Shown: piece by piece, positions 1 through 8,708 of the stretch
How positions within the stretch are numbered: the stretch's first letter is position 1
Layout: every line of letters begins with the position of its first letter
Source of the DNA: Desulfomicrobium sp.
Lineage (GTDB): Bacteria; Desulfobacterota; Desulfovibrionia; Desulfovibrionales; Desulfomicrobiaceae
Assembly: GCA_040768745.1 (NCBI GenBank)
Contig: JAXGMI010000001.1
Span: forward strand, 736,001 to 800,000
Length of the DNA: 64,000 bases
Direction: 5' to 3'
Notes under the pieces: generated by a model
What the model was told of the DNA's origin: nothing
Database searches by the model: none
The model's input: only the letters and a program-made list of their open reading frames with translations
Program-made: the position numbers and the translations under genes

Positions 1-241
1 GGGACTGGAAGTAGCCTGGCCCGCCGCGCATGCCCCTGCCCATGCCGATGCGGGTGCCGGCCTCCAGGGCCCAGGTCAGGGCCTCGGCATGCTCCAGGTA
101 GTTTCGGATCATGTGATCCCTGGTGCGCTGGATATTGTGGAACGCAAAGACTGAGACCGCCAGCCCGAGAATGATCGTCAGTCCGGCCACCAGCCACGGA
201 GTGATCCGGAGGCTCGCGATGTTTCGTTTATGGGTGTCCAT
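1..241 (-). CDS. zraS: ZraS/HydH-like sensor histidine kinase, N-terminal part (runs off the window)
   Basis: Manual translation from ATG at 241 (AGGTGAGG RBS): MDTHKRNIASLRITPWLVAGLTIILGLAVSVFAF...ALTWALEAGTRIGMG. One TM helix plus the ALExGTRxGMG motif of ZraS; divergent from a ZraP-like gene. Confidence 0.65.
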   Translation of the reverse strand, partial: MDTHKRNIASLRITPWLVAGLTIILGLAVSVFAFHNIQRTRDHMIRNYLEHAEALTWALEAGTRIGMGRGMRGGPGYFQS

Positions 242-263
242 GCCTCACCTCTGGTTTATCAAC

Positions 264-311
264 TGTAACCGTTTTACCCATGTTGTCCAGATGGATGTCA
301 CGAAATTACCC
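264..311. promoter_or_regulatory. Candidate tandem enhancer (UAS) sites for a ZraR-like sigma54 activator
   Basis: Two similar 16-mers, TGTAACCGTTTTACCC (264-279) and TGTCACGAAATTACCC (296-311), each with a GTMA-N5-TTAC dyad, 32 bp apart. They would lie about 90 bp upstream of the -24 box if the IS were absent. Confidence 0.4.
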
Positions 312-364
312 GTTCACTATTCCGAATGAGCAGGAGCAGCATCCGGCTTTTGATATAAAAAAAT

Positions 365-1100
365 GGGTCATGACTAGAACAGCGGATAACAAATCTGCTA
401 GGATCGAGTCATGGCAAGGGTTAATAAGTACGCAAATCGTTCAAAAATTTCAGAGGCCAAATTCAGGCAATTCTTGAAGCTCTTTTCCTTTGATCTGGAT
501 GCATCCCAGATCGCCCTGGTGACTGGCCTAAACAGAAATACCGTGAACAGGTATCTCATGGCCTTGCGCCAACGAATCGCTGAGTACTGCGAGCGACAAG
601 CCCCAGTTCTCGGGGAAATCGAAGTTGATGAAAGCTACTTCGGGCCTCGCCGAGTCAAAGGACTCCGAGGTCGTGGCGCAAGCAGTAAAACCATTGTGTT
701 TGGCATCTTCAAGCGCCAAGGCCAAGTCTATACCGAGATCGTGCCTGATTGCAGCCGTGCCACACTTCAGGCGGTTATCCGAGGTCGAGTCAGCGTCGAA
801 AGCGTCATCCATTCCGATGGATGGCGCGGCTATAACGGCCTGGTGGATATAGGGTACCAGAAGCATTTCAGGGTCAACCACGGAGACAATGAATTTGCCA
901 ATGAACGTAGCCATATCAATGGCATAGAAAGCTTTTGGGGCTATTCGAAAACTCGCCTTGCCAAGTTCAGAGGTGTCAGCAAGGTAACCTTTTTCTTGCA
1001 TTTGAAAGAATGCGAATTTCGATTTAACAATAGGGGCCAGAACATCTATAAAGTCCTGCTCAAAATCATCAGGACAAACCCGCTGTTCTAGTCATGACCC
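365..1100 (+). mobile_element. IS1595-family insertion sequence (IS1016-like size, 736 bp)
   Basis: Perfect 21-bp terminal inverted repeats GGGTCATGACTAGAACAGCGG (365-385 and 1080-1100); 8-bp target duplication AAAAAAAT (357-364 and 1101-1108); single transposase ORF. Confidence 0.95.
411..1091 (+). CDS. IS1595-family DDE transposase
   Basis: 226 aa with EVDESYFG, IHSDGWRGY, HINGIESFW and LKECEFRFN motifs. Confidence 0.95.
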   Translation: MARVNKYANRSKISEAKFRQFLKLFSFDLDASQIALVTGLNRNTVNRYLMALRQRIAEYCERQAPVLGEIEVDESYFGPRRVKGLRGRGASSKTIVFGIFKRQGQVYTEIVPDCSRATLQAVIRGRVSVESVIHSDGWRGYNGLVDIGYQKHFRVNHGDNEFANERSHINGIESFWGYSKTRLAKFRGVSKVTFFLHLKECEFRFNNRGQNIYKVLLKIIRTNPLF

Positions 1101-1142
1101 AAAAAAATATAATATCAATATAATACGTTTAAATTTTCTCTT

Positions 1143-1158
1143 TGGTCCAGGCTTTGCT
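1143..1158 (+). promoter_or_regulatory. Sigma54 (-24/-12) promoter of the zraP-like gene
   Basis: TGGTCCAGGCTTTGCT: GG at 1144-1145 and GC at 1156-1157 with the exact N10 spacing. zraP is sigma54-dependent in characterised systems. Confidence 0.7.
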
Positions 1159-1252
1159 TTGCAGAAGTTGTGCTCAAGCACGACACAAAGGAACGCATAT
1201 GTGGAACCGTGGCGCGACAGGTCACACATCAACCATTGAAAGGAGAACACTC

Positions 1253-1762
1253 ATGAAAACGTACAGCACCACCCTCACTCTGGCTCTGACCCTGGCCTTT
1301 GTCATCGCCGTCACCAGCCTGGCCAGCGCACGTGGGCACGGCATGATGGGCCACGGCATGGGGGCCCTGACCCCGGAAAAACAGGCCAGCATGCAGAAGC
1401 TGCACGAGGATTTCGCAACCACCACGGCGGATCTGAGAAAGCATATCTTTGCCAAGGAATCCGAGCTCAATGCCGAACTCTTCGGAGAAAGGACGGATGA
1501 CAAAAAGGTCGAGGCCCTGACCAGTCAAATCAACGAGCTCCGCGGCAGGTTGTACGCAGAGCGGGTCAATCTGCACAGGAAAATGGCGGCGGAAGGCATC
1601 GTGCCCATGGGTGGCAGGGACATGGGTGCGGGCATGGGCTGTCCCACCACGGGCGGAGGAGGCATGCGGCATGGCATGAAGGGCTGTCCGGATTGCCCCA
1701 TGATGGGCGACGGAAAGCGCTACGGCCAAAGCTACAGCAACGCAGCCCCGGCCCAGCAGTAA
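1253..1762 (+). CDS. zraP: ZraP-like periplasmic metal-binding protein (Spy/CpxP family)
   Basis: AGGAG RBS; signal peptide ending ASA; LTPEKQ motif; helical core; His/Met/Gly-rich ends and a C-terminal CPDC. Confidence 0.75.
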   Translation: MKTYSTTLTLALTLAFVIAVTSLASARGHGMMGHGMGALTPEKQASMQKLHEDFATTTADLRKHIFAKESELNAELFGERTDDKKVEALTSQINELRGRLYAERVNLHRKMAAEGIVPMGGRDMGAGMGCPTTGGGGMRHGMKGCPDCPMMGDGKRYGQSYSNAAPAQQ

Positions 1763-1794
1763 CCTTTCATTCACCCTGGCACGGAAGTCCTAGA

Positions 1795-1836
1795 CAACTC
1801 CCCCGAGTTCCCTCAGACTCGGGGGAGTTGGTTTTT
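1795..1836 (+). terminator. Rho-independent terminator
   Basis: Perfect 14-bp stem CAACTCCCCCGAGT / ACTCGGGGGAGTTG followed by GTTTTT. Confidence 0.8.
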
Positions 1837-1867
1837 GTCCAGAACAGCACTCCCTCTTTCCAAGCTC

Positions 1868-2764
1868 ATGCACGACACAACCTCTTCCAAGACTGTCCGC
1901 GGTGTCCTTTTCGCCCTGGGCGCGACCGTCATCTGGTCCGGAAACTTCATCCTGGCCCGCGGCCTGAACCAGAGCATCGAACCCGCCACCCTGGCCCTCC
2001 TGCGCTGGGCCACGGCCTTTGCCGGCCTTCTGCCCTTTGCCTGCTGGGCGGCATGGAAAGAGCGTGCCGCCATCCGGCGAAGCTTGCCGGCCATGATCCC
2101 CATGGCCGTCCTGGGCGTCTCCGTGTTCAATACCCTCCTGTACAAGGCGGCCCAGACCAGCAGCGCCCTGAACCTGTCCCTCATCGCCACGTCCACCCCG
2201 GTCTTCATCATCCTCCTGGCCCGCATCTTCCTGGCGGAACGGCTGACCATGGGCAAGATCCTGGGCCTGGGCACGGCCCTGGGCGGGGTGCTCCTCCTGA
2301 TCACCGGCGGGGATCCGACCCGCCTCTTTAGCCTGGAAGTGACCATCGGCGATCTGTGGATGAGCCTGGCCGCAGTCACCTTCGCCGCCTACAGCATCCT
2401 GGTGCGCAGATTCAGGCAGCCCCTGAGCCAGCCCGTTTTTCTGCTCACCCTGTTCGGGGTCGGCATCGTCTTTCTGCTGCCCTGGGCCGGGTGGGAAATC
2501 TCCATGACCGGCCTGCCCCGGATCACCCTCGGCGCAGCGGGAGCCATCCTGTACATCGGTCTGGGCGCATCCCTGGCCGCCTTTGCCATGTGGAACATGG
2601 CCGTGGCCGTCATCGGCCCATCCCTGGCCGGGCTCATCTACTACAGTCTGCCCCTCTTCAGCGGCACGGCGGCCTTCCTCTTCCTGAATGAACCCATGAA
2701 CATTCTCCACCTGCTCAGCGGCATCTGCATTCTGGGTGGCATCCTCCTGGCGACGCGCAGATGA
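1868..2764 (+). CDS. DMT/EamA family transporter
   Basis: About 10 TM segments, IWSGNF start motif, two EamA halves. Confidence 0.85.
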   Translation: MHDTTSSKTVRGVLFALGATVIWSGNFILARGLNQSIEPATLALLRWATAFAGLLPFACWAAWKERAAIRRSLPAMIPMAVLGVSVFNTLLYKAAQTSSALNLSLIATSTPVFIILLARIFLAERLTMGKILGLGTALGGVLLLITGGDPTRLFSLEVTIGDLWMSLAAVTFAAYSILVRRFRQPLSQPVFLLTLFGVGIVFLLPWAGWEISMTGLPRITLGAAGAILYIGLGASLAAFAMWNMAVAVIGPSLAGLIYYSLPLFSGTAAFLFLNEPMNILHLLSGICILGGILLATRR

Positions 2765-2884
2765 TTTCATCCTCGCGCATGGGTCTTCTCTTCATTCTTG
2801 CCTTTCGCTGCATCTGCCCATAAGGACGGCTCGGACCGGCATCTGCCTGGTCCGAACAACACGGAATCTTTCCAGGAAACAACC

Positions 2885-3478
2885 ATGACCAATCTGTTCA
2901 TCAGCCTGTTTATAAAACTTTTTTTTCTGTTGACCCCATTCTTCGTGCTCAGCGTGTTCCTGTCCATGACCGAGCACATGACCAAGACCGAGCAGCGCCG
3001 GGTGGCCATCCGCACTACCCTGTCCGTGACCGTCATCAGCCTGATCCTCTATTTTGCCGGAAATCCCATTTTCTCCACCCTGGGCATCACCCTGGACGGA
3101 TTCCGCATCGGAGCGGGCAGCCTTCTTTTCCTGTCCGCCGTTTCCCTGGTCGGGGGCAACCGCTCCAGCCATGACGTGGCTCCGGACGTGGATTTCGCCG
3201 TGGTTCCCCTGGCCATTCCCATCACCGTGGGCCCGGCCTCCATCGGCACCCTGCTCATCCTCGGCGCTGAACTGGGGGGGGCCACGGAACGCATAGTCGG
3301 GGCCGCTGCCCTGGTCTGTTCATGCCTGTGCGTGGGCATCCTCCTGCGGTCGTCCCGTGTCCTCAAGCGAGTCCTGGGATCCGTCGGGTTGTCCATCATG
3401 ACCAAGATCACGGGCCTGGTCCTCTCGGCCATGGCGGCCCAGATCGTTTTCACCGGCGTGAAAAGCTTCCTTGGCTGA
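2885..3478 (+). CDS. MarC family membrane protein
   Basis: AVVPLAIPITVGPASI and KITGLVLSAMAAQ motifs. Confidence 0.9.
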   Translation: MTNLFISLFIKLFFLLTPFFVLSVFLSMTEHMTKTEQRRVAIRTTLSVTVISLILYFAGNPIFSTLGITLDGFRIGAGSLLFLSAVSLVGGNRSSHDVAPDVDFAVVPLAIPITVGPASIGTLLILGAELGGATERIVGAAALVCSCLCVGILLRSSRVLKRVLGSVGLSIMTKITGLVLSAMAAQIVFTGVKSFLG

Positions 3479-3513
3479 CCGGCAACCTGCCCTTGACACA
3501 TTCTTGTCCAGCG

Positions 3514-4086
3514 TCAGCGCAGCAAGTCCTTGAAACGGGGACGGGGGAAGAACATGGGGGTACGGGCCCGGTACTCATGATACTCCTGACCGTGGACGCG
3601 GATGAGCTTTTGCTCCTCCAGGCGCGCCCCGACCAGAACATAGAGGGTGAGGACGGCGCTGGTGACCAGATTTGCGGCGTCGAATTCCCGGGTATGGGCC
3701 CACAGCAGCAGCAGGGCGCTCCCGTACCAGGGATGGCGTACGTGGCGCAGGATGCCGGTGGTGCGCAACTCCGCGGCATAGGGACCGCTGGCATACGTGC
3801 AGCCCGAACGGAGCTGCGCAAGACCGCTGACCCAGCCGAGGTCGTACTCCCTGGCCCCTGCCCAGGCCAGCCATGCAGCCGCAAGCAGCAGGCCCCAGCG
3901 CACCAGGGCCAGGGGACCAGCCCAGGCCAGCAGGACCTCGCCGGCCAGGCTGTGCTTGAAAAAAAGAAGCGGGAGGAGCGTCGCCGCGGCCAGGCCATTA
4001 TACGCCAGCCGATAGTAGGGGCAGGCCCGGGGCAAATGCCGGGAAAAGACAGCCATCCAAGGCGGACTGATGAGCAGGCTGTGCAA
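3514..4086 (-). CDS. Isoprenylcysteine carboxyl methyltransferase-like / NnrU-like membrane protein (start uncertain)
   Basis: YRLAYN, G-x-x-RHVRHPWY and EEQKL...G..Y.EY motifs. Confidence 0.7.
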   Translation of the reverse strand: MHSLLISPPWMAVFSRHLPRACPYYRLAYNGLAAATLLPLLFFKHSLAGEVLLAWAGPLALVRWGLLLAAAWLAWAGAREYDLGWVSGLAQLRSGCTYASGPYAAELRTTGILRHVRHPWYGSALLLLWAHTREFDAANLVTSAVLTLYVLVGARLEEQKLIRVHGQEYHEYRARTPMFFPRPRFKDLLR

Positions 4087-4127
4087 CGCCCCCCATGCGG
4101 CCCAGCCCAGGGCCAGAATCCATAATT

Positions 4128-7100
4128 CTACCCCACCAGGGAATCCTCACCTTCAAGGTCGCGGCCGATCTCGTCCTTTTCGCGGTCCAGGGAATGGTCC
4201 CTGGCCACCAGCATGTAGATGGACGGGATGACGAAAAGGGTGAAGAGAGTGCCCGCCGCCATGCCCCCGACCAGGACCAGGCCGATGGAGTTGCGGGCCG
4301 CGGCTCCCGCGCCGGTGACCAGGGTCAGGGGAAAATGCCCGGCAATGGTTGCGCCTGTGGTCATGAGGATAGGCCGCAGGCGCGTCATGGCCGCCTCGTG
4401 CACAGCCTCACGCTTGGAACGCCCCAACTTTTGCAACTGGTTGGCGAACTCCACGATGAGAATGCCGTTCTTGGACACCAGCCCGACCAGGGTGACCAGC
4501 CCGACCTGGGAGTAGATGTTCATGGTCGTGGTCCAGCCCGCGGTCCAGAAGGCCACGTTGGGGTCCGGCATTTTCAGGAAGGTGAAAATGAGCGCCCCAA
4601 AAACAGCCAAGGGCACGGAACCGGCCAAGATGACGAAGGGGTCGCGGAAGCTGTTGAACTGCGCAGCCAGGACCAGAAAGATGAGGACCACGGCCAGACC
4701 GAAGGCCGGCAGAAACTTGTTTCCCTCGGTCCGCAGCTGGCGGGAATCCCCCGTGTAGTCGAGCACGAAGCCTTTGGGCAGGATCTTGACCGCCTCGTCT
4801 TCGAGGAAGCGCAGGGCCTCATCCAGAGGCCGGATGGCCACACCGCTGATCTTGACTGCGTTGAGCTGCTGAAAGCGGTTCAGGGATCTGGCCACGGTGG
4901 ACAGCTCGACGTGGGCGATGGACGACAGGGGCACGAGTTTGCCCTGGGGACCCCGAATATGGATGTTCCGCAGCTGGTCCGGCGTCAGCCGGTCCATGCG
5001 CTGAATCTGCGGCACCACCTTGTAGCTGCGGCCGTCGATGTTGAAGCGGTTGACGTAGTTGCCGCCGACCATGGCCGCCACGTCTCCACCCACGGAGGCC
5101 AGGTTCAGATTCATGGCCGCCACCTTGTCCCGATCGATGACCAATTCGGCCCGGGGCTGATCGATCTTGACGTCTATGAGGGGCGGAAATGCGAACATAC
5201 CGCTCTGCATGGCCCTGGCCTGGATCTGGCGGGCGAATTCCAGGATCTGGTCCTGCTCGGCCGTGGACGCGATGATGAACTCCACAGGAAAGTCCCCGCC
5301 TCCGGGCAGGGCCGGGGGCGTGACCGGGAACATCTGGATGCCCGGGATGGCGGCAAGGCCAACCTGGGTCTCGGGCAGGATCTCGGCCACGGTCCGGTCC
5401 CGCTGTTCCCAGGGTGCGATGACAAGCCCGCAAAATCCGCTGGACGGGAAGGTGACCTGGAAGGTGAACTGCGCTTCGGGCACGTTCAAGAACACCTGGT
5501 TCGCCGCCTCGGCGTACACGCGGGTCTGATCCAGGGTCGAATCGGCCGAGGCGTCGAGAATGCCGAAGATGACGCCTTCGTCCTCGGACGGGGCCAGTTC
5601 CGTGGCTGACATCATGAACATGGGCACTGACAGGGCGCTGATGACGATCCAGATCAGATAGATGGCCGGGCGGGCATCCAGCGTCCCATCCAGGATGCGG
5701 CCGTAGAAACGCCGCAGGCGGCCGAAGTCCCGCGCAATGCGTCCGGCCAGACCCTGTTCCTCCAGGCCGGGCTTGAGCATCTTGGCCGACATGACCGGAG
5801 ACAGGGTCAGGGCCACGATGCCGGAAATGGTCACGGCTCCGGCCAGGGTGAAGGCGAACTCGCGGAAAAGGGAGCCCGTCAGCCCCCCCTGCAGGCCGAT
5901 GGGGGCGTAGACCGCGGCCAGGGTCACGGTCATGGCGATGAGCGGCCCGATCAATTCCCGCGCCCCGAGGATGGCCGCGTCCAGCGGAGATTTTCCATGG
6001 GTCAGATGCCGCCCCACATTCTCGACCACGACGATGGCGTCATCCACCACCAGCCCGACGGACAGGACCACGGCCAGCAGGGTGAGCAGGTTCACGGTGA
6101 AGCCGAAAACCTGCATGAGGAACACCGCCCCGACCAGGGACAGGGGGATGGCGATGACCGGAATGGCCACGGCCCGCAGCGACCCCATGAATAAAAAGAT
6201 GATGATGACCACAATGACCAGCGTGTCGCCCAGGGTTTTCAAAACCTCGCGGATGGCGCTGTTGATGTACTCCGTGGCGTCGTAGGCGATGCGGGCGTCC
6301 ATGCCCGAAGGCAAGGATTTCTGGATGGCCTCCATTTCCTCCCGCACCAGCTTGATGACATCGATGGAGTTGGCGTTGGGCAGGGGCCAGACCCCGATGA
6401 ACACGGCCGTCTTGCCGGTGAAACGCACTTCCGCGCCGTAATCCTCTGCTCCCAGGGCCACGTCGGCGATGTCGGCCAGCCGGACCACGGCCCCGTTTTC
6501 CTCACGCACGGCGAGGCGCTTGAACTCCTCCACCGTGCGCAGATCCGTGTCCGCCGTGAGGTTGATCTGGATCAGTCCGCCTTTGGTCTGGCCCAGGGCC
6601 GAGAGGTAGTTGTTGGCGGCCAGGGCCTCGCGCACTGCCGCCGGTGAGACGTTCAGGGCCGCCATGCGGTCGGGTTTGAGCCAGATGCGCATGGCGAAGG
6701 TCCGCGCGCCGAGAATATCGGCCCGCTGCACCCCCTCCAGGGTGGAGAGGCGAGGCTGGACCACGCGCATGAGGTAGTCCGTGATCTGATTCTGCTCCAG
6801 CTCGGTCGAGGAGAAACTCAGGTAGGCCGAAGCGAACTGGCTGTCCGCCGATTCGACGTTGATGATGGGCACCTCGGCCTCGGGGGGGAGATCGCCCCTG
6901 GCCTGGTCGACCTTGGCACTGATCTCGGACAGGGCCTTGATGGGATCGTAGTTGATCTTCAGGCGCACCTTGATGGTGGACAGACTCTGGGCGCTTTCGG
7001 ACTGGATGTAGTCGATGCCGTCGGCCGCGGCGATGACCCGTTCCAGGGGTGTGGTTATGAACCCGCGCACCAGTTCGGCGCTGGCGCCGACATAGGTCGT

Positions 7101-7244
7101 GGTCACGGTAACCATGGCGTTGTCGCTGCGCGGATACTGTCGGACCGAGAGGTTGACCGCTGCCTGCAGCCCGGCAATGACAATGAGCAGGTTGATGACC
7201 AGGGCCAGAACAGGACGGCGAATGAAGATGTCGGTGAATTTCAT
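4128..7244 (-). CDS. RND efflux permease (AcrB/MexI-like)
   Basis: 1038 aa; FIRRPV start, GLVVDDAIVVVEN, KNGILIVEFA and RLRPILMTT motifs. Confidence 0.95.
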   Translation of the reverse strand: MKFTDIFIRRPVLALVINLLIVIAGLQAAVNLSVRQYPRSDNAMVTVTTTYVGASAELVRGFITTPLERVIAAADGIDYIQSESAQSLSTIKVRLKINYDPIKALSEISAKVDQARGDLPPEAEVPIINVESADSQFASAYLSFSSTELEQNQITDYLMRVVQPRLSTLEGVQRADILGARTFAMRIWLKPDRMAALNVSPAAVREALAANNYLSALGQTKGGLIQINLTADTDLRTVEEFKRLAVREENGAVVRLADIADVALGAEDYGAEVRFTGKTAVFIGVWPLPNANSIDVIKLVREEMEAIQKSLPSGMDARIAYDATEYINSAIREVLKTLGDTLVIVVIIIFLFMGSLRAVAIPVIAIPLSLVGAVFLMQVFGFTVNLLTLLAVVLSVGLVVDDAIVVVENVGRHLTHGKSPLDAAILGARELIGPLIAMTVTLAAVYAPIGLQGGLTGSLFREFAFTLAGAVTISGIVALTLSPVMSAKMLKPGLEEQGLAGRIARDFGRLRRFYGRILDGTLDARPAIYLIWIVISALSVPMFMMSATELAPSEDEGVIFGILDASADSTLDQTRVYAEAANQVFLNVPEAQFTFQVTFPSSGFCGLVIAPWEQRDRTVAEILPETQVGLAAIPGIQMFPVTPPALPGGGDFPVEFIIASTAEQDQILEFARQIQARAMQSGMFAFPPLIDVKIDQPRAELVIDRDKVAAMNLNLASVGGDVAAMVGGNYVNRFNIDGRSYKVVPQIQRMDRLTPDQLRNIHIRGPQGKLVPLSSIAHVELSTVARSLNRFQQLNAVKISGVAIRPLDEALRFLEDEAVKILPKGFVLDYTGDSRQLRTEGNKFLPAFGLAVVLIFLVLAAQFNSFRDPFVILAGSVPLAVFGALIFTFLKMPDPNVAFWTAGWTTTMNIYSQVGLVTLVGLVSKNGILIVEFANQLQKLGRSKREAVHEAAMTRLRPILMTTGATIAGHFPLTLVTGAGAAARNSIGLVLVGGMAAGTLFTLFVIPSIYMLVARDHSLDREKDEIGRDLEGEDSLVG

Positions 7245-7263
7245 GGTGAATCTGGCACGCGGG

Positions 7264-8391
7264 TCAGGAATTTTCCGGCCTGGGCGCGAGCTGGAATTCC
7301 GGAGTCAGGGTATTGTCGATGACCACGGGCTGACCATGGCGATACTTGAACACGCCCGTGCTGACCACCGTATGCCCAGGGCTCACGCCGCTCTCGACGG
7401 CCACAAAATCCCCCCGCCGCTCGCCCAGTTTGACGAACTGCTGGCGGAGCACCAGCCCGGCCGCGGGGTCGGTGGCGTTGGCCGCCTCGACCAGGAACAC
7501 CGAATTGCCATAGGCCGCGGAAAGCACGGCCGTCGCCGGAAGGACCACAACGTCGCGCTTTTCCGGCAGGACCACGTCGACGTTGACGAACATGCCTGGC
7601 CGCAGCAGTTCCCTGGGATTCCCCAGCACCGCCTGCATGCTTACGGAACGGCTGGCACTGTCGGCCAGGGGCTCGATAGCCTTCAGTCGGCCTTCGAGCA
7701 CCGATCCGGGCAGGGCGTCGGTGGTCACGCGCACGACATTGCCGACTTTCGCCAGCGGCACCTGCTGCTGGGGAAGAACGAACTCCACATGCACCACATC
7801 CAAGCGCTGCAGTGTGGCGATGGGGTCGGTCTCGCCCAGGTTCTGTCCCAGATTGACCCGCCTGATGCCCAAGGTCCCAGCGAAGGGAGCGCGCACTGTC
7901 TTCTTGGCGATCAGGGCGCGCAAGGCGTCCATTTCGGCCACAAGCTGCTGATGCCTGGCCAGGGCCGTATCATATTCTGCCTTGGCCGTGGTCTGCTGAC
8001 TCAGCAGGGAACCCATCCTCTTCAAGTTGAGACTGGCCAGATTCGTGCTGGCCTCCAGGGCCCGCAGCTGTGCCGTTTCCTGGCTCGTGTCCAACTGCAC
8101 CAGGACGTCGCCGGCGAGGACCCTGTCACCTGAATCAAAGGAGATACGTTCAACCTGCCCCGGCACCTCCGCGGTCAGGGTCACCCCCTGCACGGCCGTG
8201 ACGGAACCGATGGCCGGCAGAAGGGTCTCCCACGCACCGGCCGTGGCGTTGGCCACTGAAACGACTGCCGGCGGGATGACCGCGGACTCGCCTCTGGCGA
8301 TCATTTTCCTGATCTGCAAGGTCTTGATCCCGGCCAGGCTCCCTGCAATGATGGCCACAAGAAGCACGGCAAAAAGGATTTTTCTGGTCAT
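7264..8391 (-). CDS. RND efflux membrane fusion (periplasmic adaptor) protein
   Basis: N-terminal TM (MTRKILFAVLLV), VRAPFAG and LLRPGMFV motifs; directly upstream of the permease. Confidence 0.9.
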   Translation of the reverse strand: MTRKILFAVLLVAIIAGSLAGIKTLQIRKMIARGESAVIPPAVVSVANATAGAWETLLPAIGSVTAVQGVTLTAEVPGQVERISFDSGDRVLAGDVLVQLDTSQETAQLRALEASTNLASLNLKRMGSLLSQQTTAKAEYDTALARHQQLVAEMDALRALIAKKTVRAPFAGTLGIRRVNLGQNLGETDPIATLQRLDVVHVEFVLPQQQVPLAKVGNVVRVTTDALPGSVLEGRLKAIEPLADSASRSVSMQAVLGNPRELLRPGMFVNVDVVLPEKRDVVVLPATAVLSAAYGNSVFLVEAANATDPAAGLVLRQQFVKLGERRGDFVAVESGVSPGHTVVSTGVFKYRHGQPVVIDNTLTPEFQLAPRPENS

Positions 8392-8708
8392 GGGAATCTC
8401 ATGCGTTCGGTTTTCCCTGCGCGGTTGCTTGCCCGTCGGGAGATTGACATCCGCCTTACAAACATATGTGGATCGCGTAAATAGCCAGACCCACAGCAGA
8501 TCAACACAGAAAACAGGATTGACGCGAACCCGTTCAGGCACCATGGATTTTGCCCCGGGTCCTGGCGACAGGGGCGCCCCAGATCGGGGCACATCCGTGG
8601 CCGCCAAAAAAAATCCTGGCCCAATCCGGGGCAAAATGCATATCAGGAAAACAATACGTGCGGTCCGGCCCCATTCTTTTACGGCCCACGAAACTGGAGC
8701 TACGAACT

